Below the pieces are notes generated by a model that was not told the origin of the DNA, did no database searches, and saw only the letters and a list, made by a program, of their open reading frames with translations. This document shows positions 26,218 through 34,351 of a DNA stretch of 56,669 bases, in pieces. Origin of the DNA: an uncultured Desulfatiglans sp. GTDB taxonomy: Bacteria > Desulfobacterota > DSM-4660 > Desulfatiglandales > HGW-15. The DNA lies in contig CAZSZQ010000004.1 in assembly GCA_964610475.1 (NCBI GenBank), forward strand, positions 1 through 56,669. The letters are read 5' to 3'. The stretch's first letter is position 1, and every line of letters starts with the position of its first letter. Made by a program: the position numbers and the translations under genes.

Positions 26218-26994
26218 TTGGCAGAGGAAATAAAAAAGCCGGGCACCCAAACCTTGCAGGCCTTAAAAATGGAAGCAATGGAGACTTTGGCCGGCGGCAT
26301 AGCTCATGATTTTAACAATATACTTTCCGGTATTGTAGGGTATTCGGAAGTGGCATTGGTGCTTGCAGAAAAAGACAGGCAACTATTTGATATAATAGGC
26401 AAGATACTTGAGACATGTGACCGTGCAAAGCATCTTATAAATCAAATACTCTTATTCAGTCCTCAGAGTTACCAGATATATGACGACGAACCGGTTCAGG
26501 TATCATCTATTATCAGTGAAGTTATAAAACTTTTAAGTGTATCATTGCCTGGGAATATTGAGATCAAAGAAAATATCGACAATAACACCGGTCTGATAAA
26601 AGCCTCACCGGCTATGATCCACCAGGTCATTTTTAACCTGTGTACGAATGCAATACATTCCATGAAAGAAACCGGTGGCGTTCTGACAATTGACCTTTCA
26701 GATATCATACTTGGTATAGAGGATGCCCGGCTATATAAGAATACCGAGCCAGGGCATTATCTGAAACTAATCGTAACTGATAATGGTACAGGAATACCAG
26801 ATGAAATTATTGATAAAATTTTTGATCCATACTTCACAACAAAGTATAAAGGTGAGGGAACAGGATTGGGTCTATCAGTTGTTCATGGAATAGTAAAGAA
26901 TTATAAAGGCACAATATCAGTTTACAGCAAACCCAATATACAAACCTCCTTTACCGTAATGCTTCCATTAATGACAACTCGTGATGATAATTAG
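26218..26994 (+). CDS. Sensor-less soluble histidine kinase (HisKA and HATPase_c only), TTG start
   Basis: 258-aa ORF starting TTG at 26218, 8 nt after GAGGAGG. H-box [13 protein letters not shown]-boxes TDNGTGI and GTGLGLSVV. The core is paralogous to the 18464..20395 kinase. Confidence 0.8.
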   Translation: MAEEIKKPGTQTLQALKMEAMETLAGGIAHDFNNILSGIVGYSEVALVLAEKDRQLFDIIGKILETCDRAKHLINQILLFSPQSYQIYDDEPVQVSSIISEVIKLLSVSLPGNIEIKENIDNNTGLIKASPAMIHQVIFNLCTNAIHSMKETGGVLTIDLSDIILGIEDARLYKNTEPGHYLKLIVTDNGTGIPDEIIDKIFDPYFTTKYKGEGTGLGLSVVHGIVKNYKGTISVYSKPNIQTSFTVMLPLMTTRDDN

Positions 26995-28190
26995 TTTGTC
27001 ATAATAAACAGGGGTTTCATTTCAAAACTCTTATATAGAGGTCTCAGCCGTTTCGTATCATAATGTTTTTCTACATCAACAACCTTTTTTGAACTCGTTA
27101 CTACTTCAATAGGCATATTGTCATATCTTCCATTTTTTAAAACGACAATCCGCCCGTGTATTTTGCCCAGTATAAGATCCAGGGCAAGGTTCCCATAGGC
27201 CATAGGGACAATCGAATCAATGGCATCAGGATCCCCTCCCCTTACGAGGTACCCGAGCTTCTGGTTTATTGTATCAATAGACCTGCCATTATTATACTTT
27301 GCAGATCGTTCTCTAAGCTCTGATGACACAAGATCACCTATACCTCCCAGTTTTTTATGTCCGTATGCATCAGTTCTTGCTTCCTGAAATATCATCTCCC
27401 CGCCTTCAAACATGGCTCCTTCCGAAACAAGGACAACAGAGTAGTGGCTGGGGTTTTTTCTCCGGTCTTCGGTTAGGAGTCCTGTAAGTAACTCCATGTC
27501 AAATTTGTGTTCAGGTATGACACATCTGTTTGCAGCCCCTGCCATGGCTGGAAGCATTGCGGTAAAACCGGCATAACGCCCGAAAACTTCGAGTACGAGA
27601 AACCTCTCATGGGACCCAGCGGTTGTACGGAGGCTGTTTGTCATGGAAATGGTCCTGGTCACACATGTGCTGAAGCCTATGCAGTAATCTGTTCCCGGGA
27701 CATCATTATCCATTGTTTTTGGTATTGCAACAACCTTGACTCCCTCCTGGAACAACCTTACTCCGTAGCTTAATGTATCATCCCCGCCAATAGGAATCAG
27801 GTAATCAACCCCTAAAAAATCCAGATTTTTCAGTACATCAGGTGTAAGATCATTTATTTCTGAAGAATATTTATCTTTCAGATGTGACGGCACTTGTGTA
27901 TTTTTAACATGACTCGGTCTTGTTCTTGAAGTGTGCAGAAAGGTTCCGCCTGTTCTTCCTGCTTTATTTACTATCTCTTCAGAAAGTATCTGAAAATGAT
28001 CCGAGTTGTCAGCATCTTTATCAGGAATAATTCCTATTGTGCCCTGCCATCCGTGACGGATACCAATCACCTGGTACCCTTCTCTTATAGCCCTGATTGT
28101 TATAGCCCTGATAGCAGGATTCAGGCCCGGTACATCTCCGCCTCCAGTGAGTATTGCAATAACCCCTTTTTTATTCAGGTTTACTGACAT
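26991..28190 (-). CDS. pfp: 6-phosphofructokinase, probably pyrophosphate-dependent
   Basis: ORF opens at 28307, but GGAG precedes ATG 28190 (MSVNLNKKGVIAILTGGGDVPGLN). GGDDT and PKTMDND carry the Asp/Lys signature associated with PPi- rather than ATP-dependent PFKs. Confidence 0.85.
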   Translation of the reverse strand: MSVNLNKKGVIAILTGGGDVPGLNPAIRAITIRAIREGYQVIGIRHGWQGTIGIIPDKDADNSDHFQILSEEIVNKAGRTGGTFLHTSRTRPSHVKNTQVPSHLKDKYSSEINDLTPDVLKNLDFLGVDYLIPIGGDDTLSYGVRLFQEGVKVVAIPKTMDNDVPGTDYCIGFSTCVTRTISMTNSLRTTAGSHERFLVLEVFGRYAGFTAMLPAMAGAANRCVIPEHKFDMELLTGLLTEDRRKNPSHYSVVLVSEGAMFEGGEMIFQEARTDAYGHKKLGGIGDLVSSELRERSAKYNNGRSIDTINQKLGYLVRGGDPDAIDSIVPMAYGNLALDLILGKIHGRIVVLKNGRYDNMPIEVVTSSKKVVDVEKHYDTKRLRPLYKSFEMKPLFIMTN

Positions 28191-28230
28191 GTTTATCTCC
28201 TTATAATAATAAACAAATATGGCGATTATT

Positions 28231-29667
28231 TTACTGTTGTGGAACTGTTTCTTCTCTTTTTGAAACGACATATTCCATGGTAAACTTGCCATTGACGCCG
28301 TTTTCAATTTTTATCTTACTGTCAAGATTAAGATTAACCAGCATTTTTCCTGTTTCTTTTATATTTTCAAGGGATATCTTATCGGTATAGGCAGTTGCTA
28401 TCTCATCAAGTATTAAGCTTGGGCCGCTTAATATGGCAATCTCTGGTTTGAACGAGACCCTGGATATCAGGATATCCCCTGACTGTTTTCCTTTCCAGTC
28501 CGCCTGAACAGGAACATTTTTTTTTGCAGGTTTGTCTAAAATAACGTCTATAGACGGCGGTGTTGCGTTTCTTAAAAAAACACCTGGAGGAAGTGATATA
28601 TTTTCATTTGCTATATAAAAAATGTTTCTCCCTAATTCACCATTACTCAGATCAATAGTAACCTTTACATTTCCAGGGGTAAGGTTCTTAAGGAGTGTCC
28701 CTGATCCGTTGAGATTAAGCGAAATCGTTTTTACCGATGTATCCAGTAATATCATTTCCTGTTTGCTTCCGGTGTATTCAACAGGCACCTCAAGTGATAT
28801 AATTGTATCAACACCCCTGGTAAAAATCAGCCAGATTACTGTAATTAAAATCAGGGAGATAACTGCTGGAGTAACCAGCTCCTTCTTAAATTTTCTGTTA
28901 CCCGACGAATCCTCATCCACTATACCGAGATGTCTTTTGATGCGATTAGTAAGCTCTTTATCGGTTTGGACATTAAAGATATCTCCTGACTTTGCCATAA
29001 CAACATTTTTTCTCTCTTCTGATGAAACGATGATAAGGGCATCTGTATTTTCGGCAAGTCCTGCGGCAGCCCTGTGACGCATACCATAATAGGAAGGGAG
29101 ATCCTTTCTATGGGACAGAGGGAGAACAGCCCCTACCTGACTGATTCTGTCACCCTGTATAATAGCAGCGCCATCATGTACGGGATTATCATGCCAGAAG
29201 ATGCTCATGATCATCTCTTTAGAAATTGTTCCATCCCATTTTATACCGCTGTGTACAGAATCAAATATATCTTCTTTGCCGGGAATAACGATAATGGCTC
29301 CTGTCCCCTTTCTTGCCATTTCAAAGATGGCATCGGAGATTATATCCACAGGGGTTTCTATCTCATGGCGACGGGTTTCCCAGAAAAGCGCCCTGATATT
29401 TTTTGCCTGAAGGACTGTCCTGATTTCATTTCTGAATATTACTATTATTATTATTGCGGCAACCGCTGTGAAACCCTGGACAGCCCAGCTTGTGACAATC
29501 AGACCCATATAAAAGGCTATCTTCTGAAAGAACCACAAAACAGCTATTCCTATGAGTACACGAAATACATTGGTGCCTTTAAACAGGACATAGAGCCTAA
29601 AAAGTATATAACTCATAAGAAGGATATCTAATAAATCCTGCCATCTGTATATGAAATCATGTGTCAT
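28231..29667 (-). CDS. cdaA: Diadenylate cyclase CdaA fused to YbbR (CdaR-like) repeat domains
   Basis: 478-aa ORF. Three N-terminal TM helices, then a DAC domain (TGAIIVIPG, HDGAAIIQGDRI, GMRHRAAAGL, ALIIVSSEE), a fourth TM, and about 190 aa of YbbR-like repeats (LEVPVEYTG..., VKVTIDLS..., VPVQADW...). Confidence 0.8.
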   Translation of the reverse strand: MTHDFIYRWQDLLDILLMSYILFRLYVLFKGTNVFRVLIGIAVLWFFQKIAFYMGLIVTSWAVQGFTAVAAIIIIVIFRNEIRTVLQAKNIRALFWETRRHEIETPVDIISDAIFEMARKGTGAIIVIPGKEDIFDSVHSGIKWDGTISKEMIMSIFWHDNPVHDGAAIIQGDRISQVGAVLPLSHRKDLPSYYGMRHRAAAGLAENTDALIIVSSEERKNVVMAKSGDIFNVQTDKELTNRIKRHLGIVDEDSSGNRKFKKELVTPAVISLILITVIWLIFTRGVDTIISLEVPVEYTGSKQEMILLDTSVKTISLNLNGSGTLLKNLTPGNVKVTIDLSNGELGRNIFYIANENISLPPGVFLRNATPPSIDVILDKPAKKNVPVQADWKGKQSGDILISRVSFKPEIAILSGPSLILDEIATAYTDKISLENIKETGKMLVNLNLDSKIKIENGVNGKFTMEYVVSKREETVPQQ

Positions 29668-29672
29668 AATAA

Positions 29673-30161
29673 TCAGTCTGTTATACTGAATCTAATGGTA
29701 TGCAGGACATTATCATCAGCATCGGTAATCTCCACACGCCATGGACCTTTATCGCTTTCCCTCAACTGAATACTGCTATAGGTTTCCCAGCGCGGAGGTT
29801 TAATAGTAAGCCTGAATTCTTTACTTAATTTATCATTGAAATAAAATTTATGAAAGATGAATGTCTCTTCATAAACAGGATCAAAGTCGTTAAAACATAT
29901 AATTCTGCCTAAACCTGATGAAAAAACAACCCCCTCATAAACCGGCTTGTTCTTGGAAACGATCTTCTCACATAAGACCGCCTTTTTCAACACTGGGGCA
30001 GGCATTCTGGCAACCTGGGGCGTATCATCGGTAAAACATGGTATACAGAACATAGCCATTATGATTACAGAGGATATGGCAAGCCTCTTTGCATTAATAA
30101 ATATAAAACAGGAAAATGTAATTCTACCGGAAAACCAAGATTTAATATTACTTTTGTACAT
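29673..30161 (-). CDS. Exported or membrane-anchored protein, DUF2914-like
   Basis: ORF opens at 30224, but ATG 30161 overlaps the usp stop (TAATG). Hydrophobic N-terminus, and a C-terminal pattern FHKFYFNDKL...RWETYSSIQL...GPWRVEITDADDNVL...FSI recalled as DUF2914-like. Family assignment is from memory only. Confidence 0.55.
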   Translation of the reverse strand: MYKSNIKSWFSGRITFSCFIFINAKRLAISSVIIMAMFCIPCFTDDTPQVARMPAPVLKKAVLCEKIVSKNKPVYEGVVFSSGLGRIICFNDFDPVYEETFIFHKFYFNDKLSKEFRLTIKPPRWETYSSIQLRESDKGPWRVEITDADDNVLHTIRFSITD

Positions 30162-30580
30162 TATTTCACCATCATGACAGGGCATGGGGCCAGAATTCCA
30201 ACACGATAACTGATGGTTGCCCATCCTTCACCGGATTCCAGGCCACCCAGTTTATGGGAACTGAGTATTATCAGATCTATCCCTTTTGAAGATGCATATT
30301 TTACGATTTCCTGAACGCGCTTTCCATATATTATTTCTGTATGAATATCGATTTTTCCGGTTATGTATTTCTTTGCCATTTTGGTCATTTTTTTTTCAGC
30401 ACGGACTGCAAGCTTTTCATAAAACTCCCGGAATTCCTCTCCTTCATCTTCTTCAATCGTTTCTACCACATTCAGGATGGTTATCCTGGAGGCTTTATCC
30501 TTGCCCATACCGGCTGCAATTTCAAGGGCTTTGATGCTTTTATCAGTCAAATCCGTTGGTACAAGAATATTCCTGAACAT
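30161..30580 (-). CDS. Universal stress protein (UspA family)
   Basis: 139-aa ORF with MFRNILVPTDLTDKS...DLIILSSHK...VGILAPCPVMMVK. Confidence 0.85.
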   Translation of the reverse strand: MFRNILVPTDLTDKSIKALEIAAGMGKDKASRITILNVVETIEEDEGEEFREFYEKLAVRAEKKMTKMAKKYITGKIDIHTEIIYGKRVQEIVKYASSKGIDLIILSSHKLGGLESGEGWATISYRVGILAPCPVMMVK

Positions 30581-31092
30581 ATACTGCTCCTTTTATTATC
30601 TGTCAGTTTTCTTTTTTTTGTCCCAGACCTGGATCAGGTAATCCTTAATCTGATCAATTTATTTTACCCGTTTTTTAAAAGCGCTTCTGCTTCCTCTTAT
30701 GACTTTTTCCGGCTCTGTTTAATAAATAACGCTACCCTTGCATAATAGAGAAGCGTCATTACGTCAAGCAGTTTATCCCTGTTAATCTCCCCTGTAAATG
30801 ACAGCTTGCGGCCGGCTCGTATAATAACTTCTCTCATACCTCAGTGAAAAAATGCAGATTTTTACATCCGCTTTAGAGTTATCTTTTATTCACCTATTAA
30901 CCTTTTCACTTCATTCGATAAATTATATTATTTATATCATATATTAGAATCCGATAACAATAATTTTTCCTTTGAAAATCTGTTACATAAGGACTAAATT
31001 ATGTGAATAGTTTTCCTAAGACAGTAAAATTTGACCTTTTTATTTTTATCTGTTTTTCGTTCTATTTGTTTTAACAATATAATGGAGGGCAA

Positions 31093-32571
31093 ATGGAATC
31101 ATTTCTTAAAATTCTTTTTGTTTCATCTGAGGTTATACCCTACGCAAAAAGCGGCGGGCTTGCCGATGTGTCAGGGGCTTTACCTGATGCTTTAAAGGAA
31201 GCCGGTATGGATGTAAAAATTATCATGCCCCTTTATTCTTCTGTTAAAAAGACCATGCTGAATAAAAACCCTGTTCTTGAGAAAATACCCGTACCTCTGG
31301 GAAATACTGTACTTACCGCTCAAACATACATAGCAAAAAGTAAAAAACGTGTACCCACCTATTTTGTGGACAGGGAAGATCTTTTCAGAAGACCGAATCT
31401 CTATGGCAACTCAACAGGTGACTATTACGATAACCTTGAGCGTTTCACCTTTTTTTGTCATGCAGCATTAAGGATCACCAAAGAACTGGACTTTAAGCCC
31501 GATATCATACATTGTCATGACTGGCAGACCGGTCTGATACCCGCACTCCTGAAAGGGTCTTATAAAGGAGAATTCTTTAAGTCTTCATCAGTTCTTTTTA
31601 CCATACATAACATGGGGTATCAGGGAGTTTTTCCAGGGTACAAAATTACTGTATCGGGATTGAACGGTATGGAGTTTTATCACCAGGAAGGAATCGAATA
31701 CTGGGGTAATATAAGCCTCCTTAAATCCGGAATTGTATATGCCGATGCAGTTACAACAGTGAGTCCAACCTATTCTGAGGAGATCAAAAAACGTGAATTC
31801 GGGCTTGGTATGGAAGGGGTTCTTGTTAATAAAAAAGACTCTCTTTTTGGTATTTTAAACGGTGTTGACTATGATATATGGAATCCGGAAAAGGATAAAT
31901 ACATACCGCAGAATTATTCTCCAAAAGACATGTCAGGAAAGGCCATATGTAAAAAAGGACTCATTTCAGAGATGGGGCTTGATCCTTCTCTCATAGAAAA
32001 ACCTCTTTTTAGTATGGTCTCACGGCTTGACAGGCAGAAGGGGCTTGACCTCCTTCTTGAGATAATCGATAGATTGATAGCGCTCGATACAGGAATGGTA
32101 CTGCTTGGATCAGGAGACAGCCAGATAGAAAATGCTTTAGCGGAGGCAGCAAAACGGCATAAGGGAAAGATAGGAATTGGCACAGGCTTTAATGATCGGC
32201 TGGCTCATGAGATAATGGCAGGGAGTGATATTTTTCTTATACCCTCAAGATATGAACCTTGCGGTCTCACTCAGATGTATGCCTTAAAATATGGAACAGT
32301 ACCCATCGTCAGGGCAACAGGAGGCCTGAATGATACTGTCTTTTCATATGACAGGGATAAGGTGAAAGGAAATGGATTTAAGTTTAATTCTGCAATCCCT
32401 GAAGAGTTTCTCTCATGTGTAAAGAATGCTATAAACCTCTTTAAAAACAAGACAGAATGGAAAAGGATTATTTCAAATGGTATGAAACAAGACCTCTCAT
32501 GGAAAAAATCAGCTGAAAAATATATAGAAATCTATAAAATGCTTCAGATTAAAAAGGGTAAATATTTATGA
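31093..32571 (+). CDS. glgA: Glycogen synthase
   Basis: 492-aa ORF. N-terminus ILFVSSEVIPYAKSGGLADV; also HCHDWQTG and SRYEPCGLTQMYALKYGT. GGAGGG Shine-Dalgarno upstream. Confidence 0.92.
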   Translation: MESFLKILFVSSEVIPYAKSGGLADVSGALPDALKEAGMDVKIIMPLYSSVKKTMLNKNPVLEKIPVPLGNTVLTAQTYIAKSKKRVPTYFVDREDLFRRPNLYGNSTGDYYDNLERFTFFCHAALRITKELDFKPDIIHCHDWQTGLIPALLKGSYKGEFFKSSSVLFTIHNMGYQGVFPGYKITVSGLNGMEFYHQEGIEYWGNISLLKSGIVYADAVTTVSPTYSEEIKKREFGLGMEGVLVNKKDSLFGILNGVDYDIWNPEKDKYIPQNYSPKDMSGKAICKKGLISEMGLDPSLIEKPLFSMVSRLDRQKGLDLLLEIIDRLIALDTGMVLLGSGDSQIENALAEAAKRHKGKIGIGTGFNDRLAHEIMAGSDIFLIPSRYEPCGLTQMYALKYGTVPIVRATGGLNDTVFSYDRDKVKGNGFKFNSAIPEEFLSCVKNAINLFKNKTEWKRIISNGMKQDLSWKKSAEKYIEIYKMLQIKKGKYL

Positions 32572-33284
32572 AAATTGCCGTTGGTTCGGATCATGCGGGC
32601 TTTACATACAAATCTATGCTTGTGGAATTTCTTATAGGTAAAGGGCACGTTGTTAAAGATTTTGGCACCTTCAGTAAAGACAGCGTTGATTATCCGGTGT
32701 ATATCCGCCCTGTTGCTCTTGCAGTAAGTAAAGGCGAATATGAAAGAGGAATTGTACTGGGCGGTTCAGGAAACGGTGAGGCAATGACAGCGAACAGGAT
32801 CAAGGGGATTAGATGTGCACTCTGCTGGAACAAAGAGAGCGCCCTGTTAGCAAGAAAACACAATGATGCAAATATGATCTCTCTGGGAGAAAGGATGATT
32901 ACCAAAGAGGATGTTATCGAAATAGTACAGACATGGATTGAAACACCCTTTGAAGGCGGAAGACATATTAACCGCATCAGGCAGATTGATGAAGAGATTC
33001 CTCCGTTTGAACTAAAAAAAACATCTGATATCAAAAACGTTTCATATGAAAATGATGATTTTAATGTTGTCATCTCATTTGGATATATCCTTTATACAGA
33101 GGGTAAAAGGAGTACCGAATTCAGGGTTGAACCTGGTTTAAAAGGCCCTACCCTCATATACATACCATCCCCTGAAAACTGGAATAGAATCATGCCTGAC
33201 TGGGTTCAAAATAGAAGGGACCAGATCATTGAGCGGATAACACTTAAGTGTAAGCATCTTATTTTTGAGTACAGGGAATTTTAA
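32568..33284 (+). CDS. rpiB: Ribose-5-phosphate isomerase B with an about 90-aa C-terminal extension of unknown function
   Basis: 238-aa ORF. MKIAVGSDHAGF...GSGNGEAM..ANR...FEGGRHINRI covers a normal-length RpiB. Residues about 150-238 are extra. The ATGA overlaps the glgA stop. Confidence 0.85.
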   Translation: MKIAVGSDHAGFTYKSMLVEFLIGKGHVVKDFGTFSKDSVDYPVYIRPVALAVSKGEYERGIVLGGSGNGEAMTANRIKGIRCALCWNKESALLARKHNDANMISLGERMITKEDVIEIVQTWIETPFEGGRHINRIRQIDEEIPPFELKKTSDIKNVSYENDDFNVVISFGYILYTEGKRSTEFRVEPGLKGPTLIYIPSPENWNRIMPDWVQNRRDQIIERITLKCKHLIFEYREF

Positions 33285-33344
33285 GATACCTGGGCCGGGG
33301 TTGCGCATATAAAAATTATAAAATCCGTATAATATAAACAACAT

Positions 33345-33635
33345 ATGTACCGCATTATTTTCCCCTGACTCATCATAAAAAGTCTTAATGCCTTTGACTT
33401 CGATATTCTTTATACTGCCTTATCCCCTTAATACCTTTGGGGAACCTGAAAGACTTTTTTAATAATTGTGATCTGAATGATCGTGACTGATCAAAACGCC
33501 ATCCACCCGGTCATCTACCCGCGCGTACTGCAATGCACCTTCATAACCGTCCGGATCATATGGATATGTATCAAGAAAAGTTCCGTAAACCGCGGTTATT
33601 GTAAAGCTTGAATTACCATTCCATTTAATTTTCAT
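33345..33635 (-). pseudogene. Decayed metallo-beta-lactamase-fold hydrolase gene (N-terminal remnant with in-frame stops)
   Basis: Minus-strand ATG 33635 gives MKIKWNGNSSFTITAVYGTFLDTYPYDPDGYEGALQYARVDDRVDGVLISHDHSDHNY, containing HxHxDH, then a stop at 33459-33461. The same frame continues KSLSGSPKVLRG, a second stop, then GSIKNIEVKGIKTFYDESGE. It is far shorter than the about 200+ aa usual for this fold. Confidence 0.5.
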
Positions 33636-33674
33636 CTTATCTTACCAGAAAAAAATATCCGCATGATTTTCATG

Positions 33675-34166
33675 CTAGAGGTAATAAAGCTCTTCATCCA
33701 CCTTTGGAGGCAACTCTTTTAATAGCTTGTATGTCTTTTCCTTGAAGCTTAACTGCTCTTCTCCTTCAAGAAGATCCCCCATTTCCGCCTCTATCTGTTC
33801 CGGGTCTTCACCTGCCTCCATCCTGGCAAGCGCTTCTTCCATTCCGGGCCCCAGATTAAGGCCTGTCATATCTGAGAGTTTTCTCATAAGATTTGCAGCC
33901 TGTCTGGGATCGTCTTCATTTATATTTTCCGCTTCCTTTGCGAGCATGTTCATGGCCTTTTCCAGCTTTGATTCATCCATATCAGGCATCGGCATCTCAT
34001 CTTTTTCTTCACCATTTCGTTTTAATGTTGCAAATTTTGACATCTGCCTTTCAAGTTTTGTTTTTTTACATTTTGGGCATATTGGTTTTTTATCGATATT
34101 TATTGTAGATGAAAAAAAATTGAATATCATGTGACACTTTTTACAATAAAATTCATATATCGGCAT
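33675..34166 (-). CDS. FmdB-family zinc-ribbon protein with an acidic C-terminal tail
   Basis: 163-aa ORF. MPIYEFYCKKCHMIF...CPKCKK (CxxC...CxxC), followed by a Glu/Asp/Met-rich region. Confidence 0.75.
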   Translation of the reverse strand: MPIYEFYCKKCHMIFNFFSSTINIDKKPICPKCKKTKLERQMSKFATLKRNGEEKDEMPMPDMDESKLEKAMNMLAKEAENINEDDPRQAANLMRKLSDMTGLNLGPGMEEALARMEAGEDPEQIEAEMGDLLEGEEQLSFKEKTYKLLKELPPKVDEELYYL

Positions 34167-34269
34167 AACATCTCCATGTAAAATTTCTTAACCTGAACCA
34201 AATGATATGAAATACAAAAAAAGAAATCATGAGTCAACCATTTGTATATATTATATTATGGATTACAGC

Positions 34270-34296
34270 TTGTATTTTTCGTGATATTGCTATAAT
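34270..34296 (+). promoter_or_regulatory. Extended -10 sigma-70-like promoter for the HIT-lapAB-mutS-amidase string
   Basis: TGcTATAAT at 34288-34296, with TTGTAT at 34270-34275. It lies about 55 nt upstream of ATG 34352. Confidence 0.4.
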
Positions 34297-34351
34297 CTCA
34301 GTTTAATCTAAGTATCTTGAAAACCGGAGCAATATACTTTTGGAGGCATAA

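Noticed and set aside
28191-28307. N-terminal 39-codon extension of the phosphofructokinase ORF (track start 28307)
   Set aside because: It would overlap the cdaA fusion gene by 77 nt. GGAG precedes ATG 28190, and the canonical PFK N-terminus (KKGVIAILTGGGD) begins right after that ATG.
29447-29466. (ATT)n-like trinucleotide run
   Set aside because: It encodes the Ile-rich TM helix AAIIIIVIF of CdaA on the minus strand. It is a coding consequence, not a microsatellite feature.
30740-30840. Possible c-di-AMP (ydaO) or c-di-GMP riboswitch in the usp-cdaA leader
   Set aside because: None of the remembered conserved cores are present on either strand (GGGGACCCA, ACCCGAA and CUAACCUCGUAAGCG for ydaO; GGCAAACC...ACGCAAAGC for GEMM-I). 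It is kept only as an unassigned structured patch.
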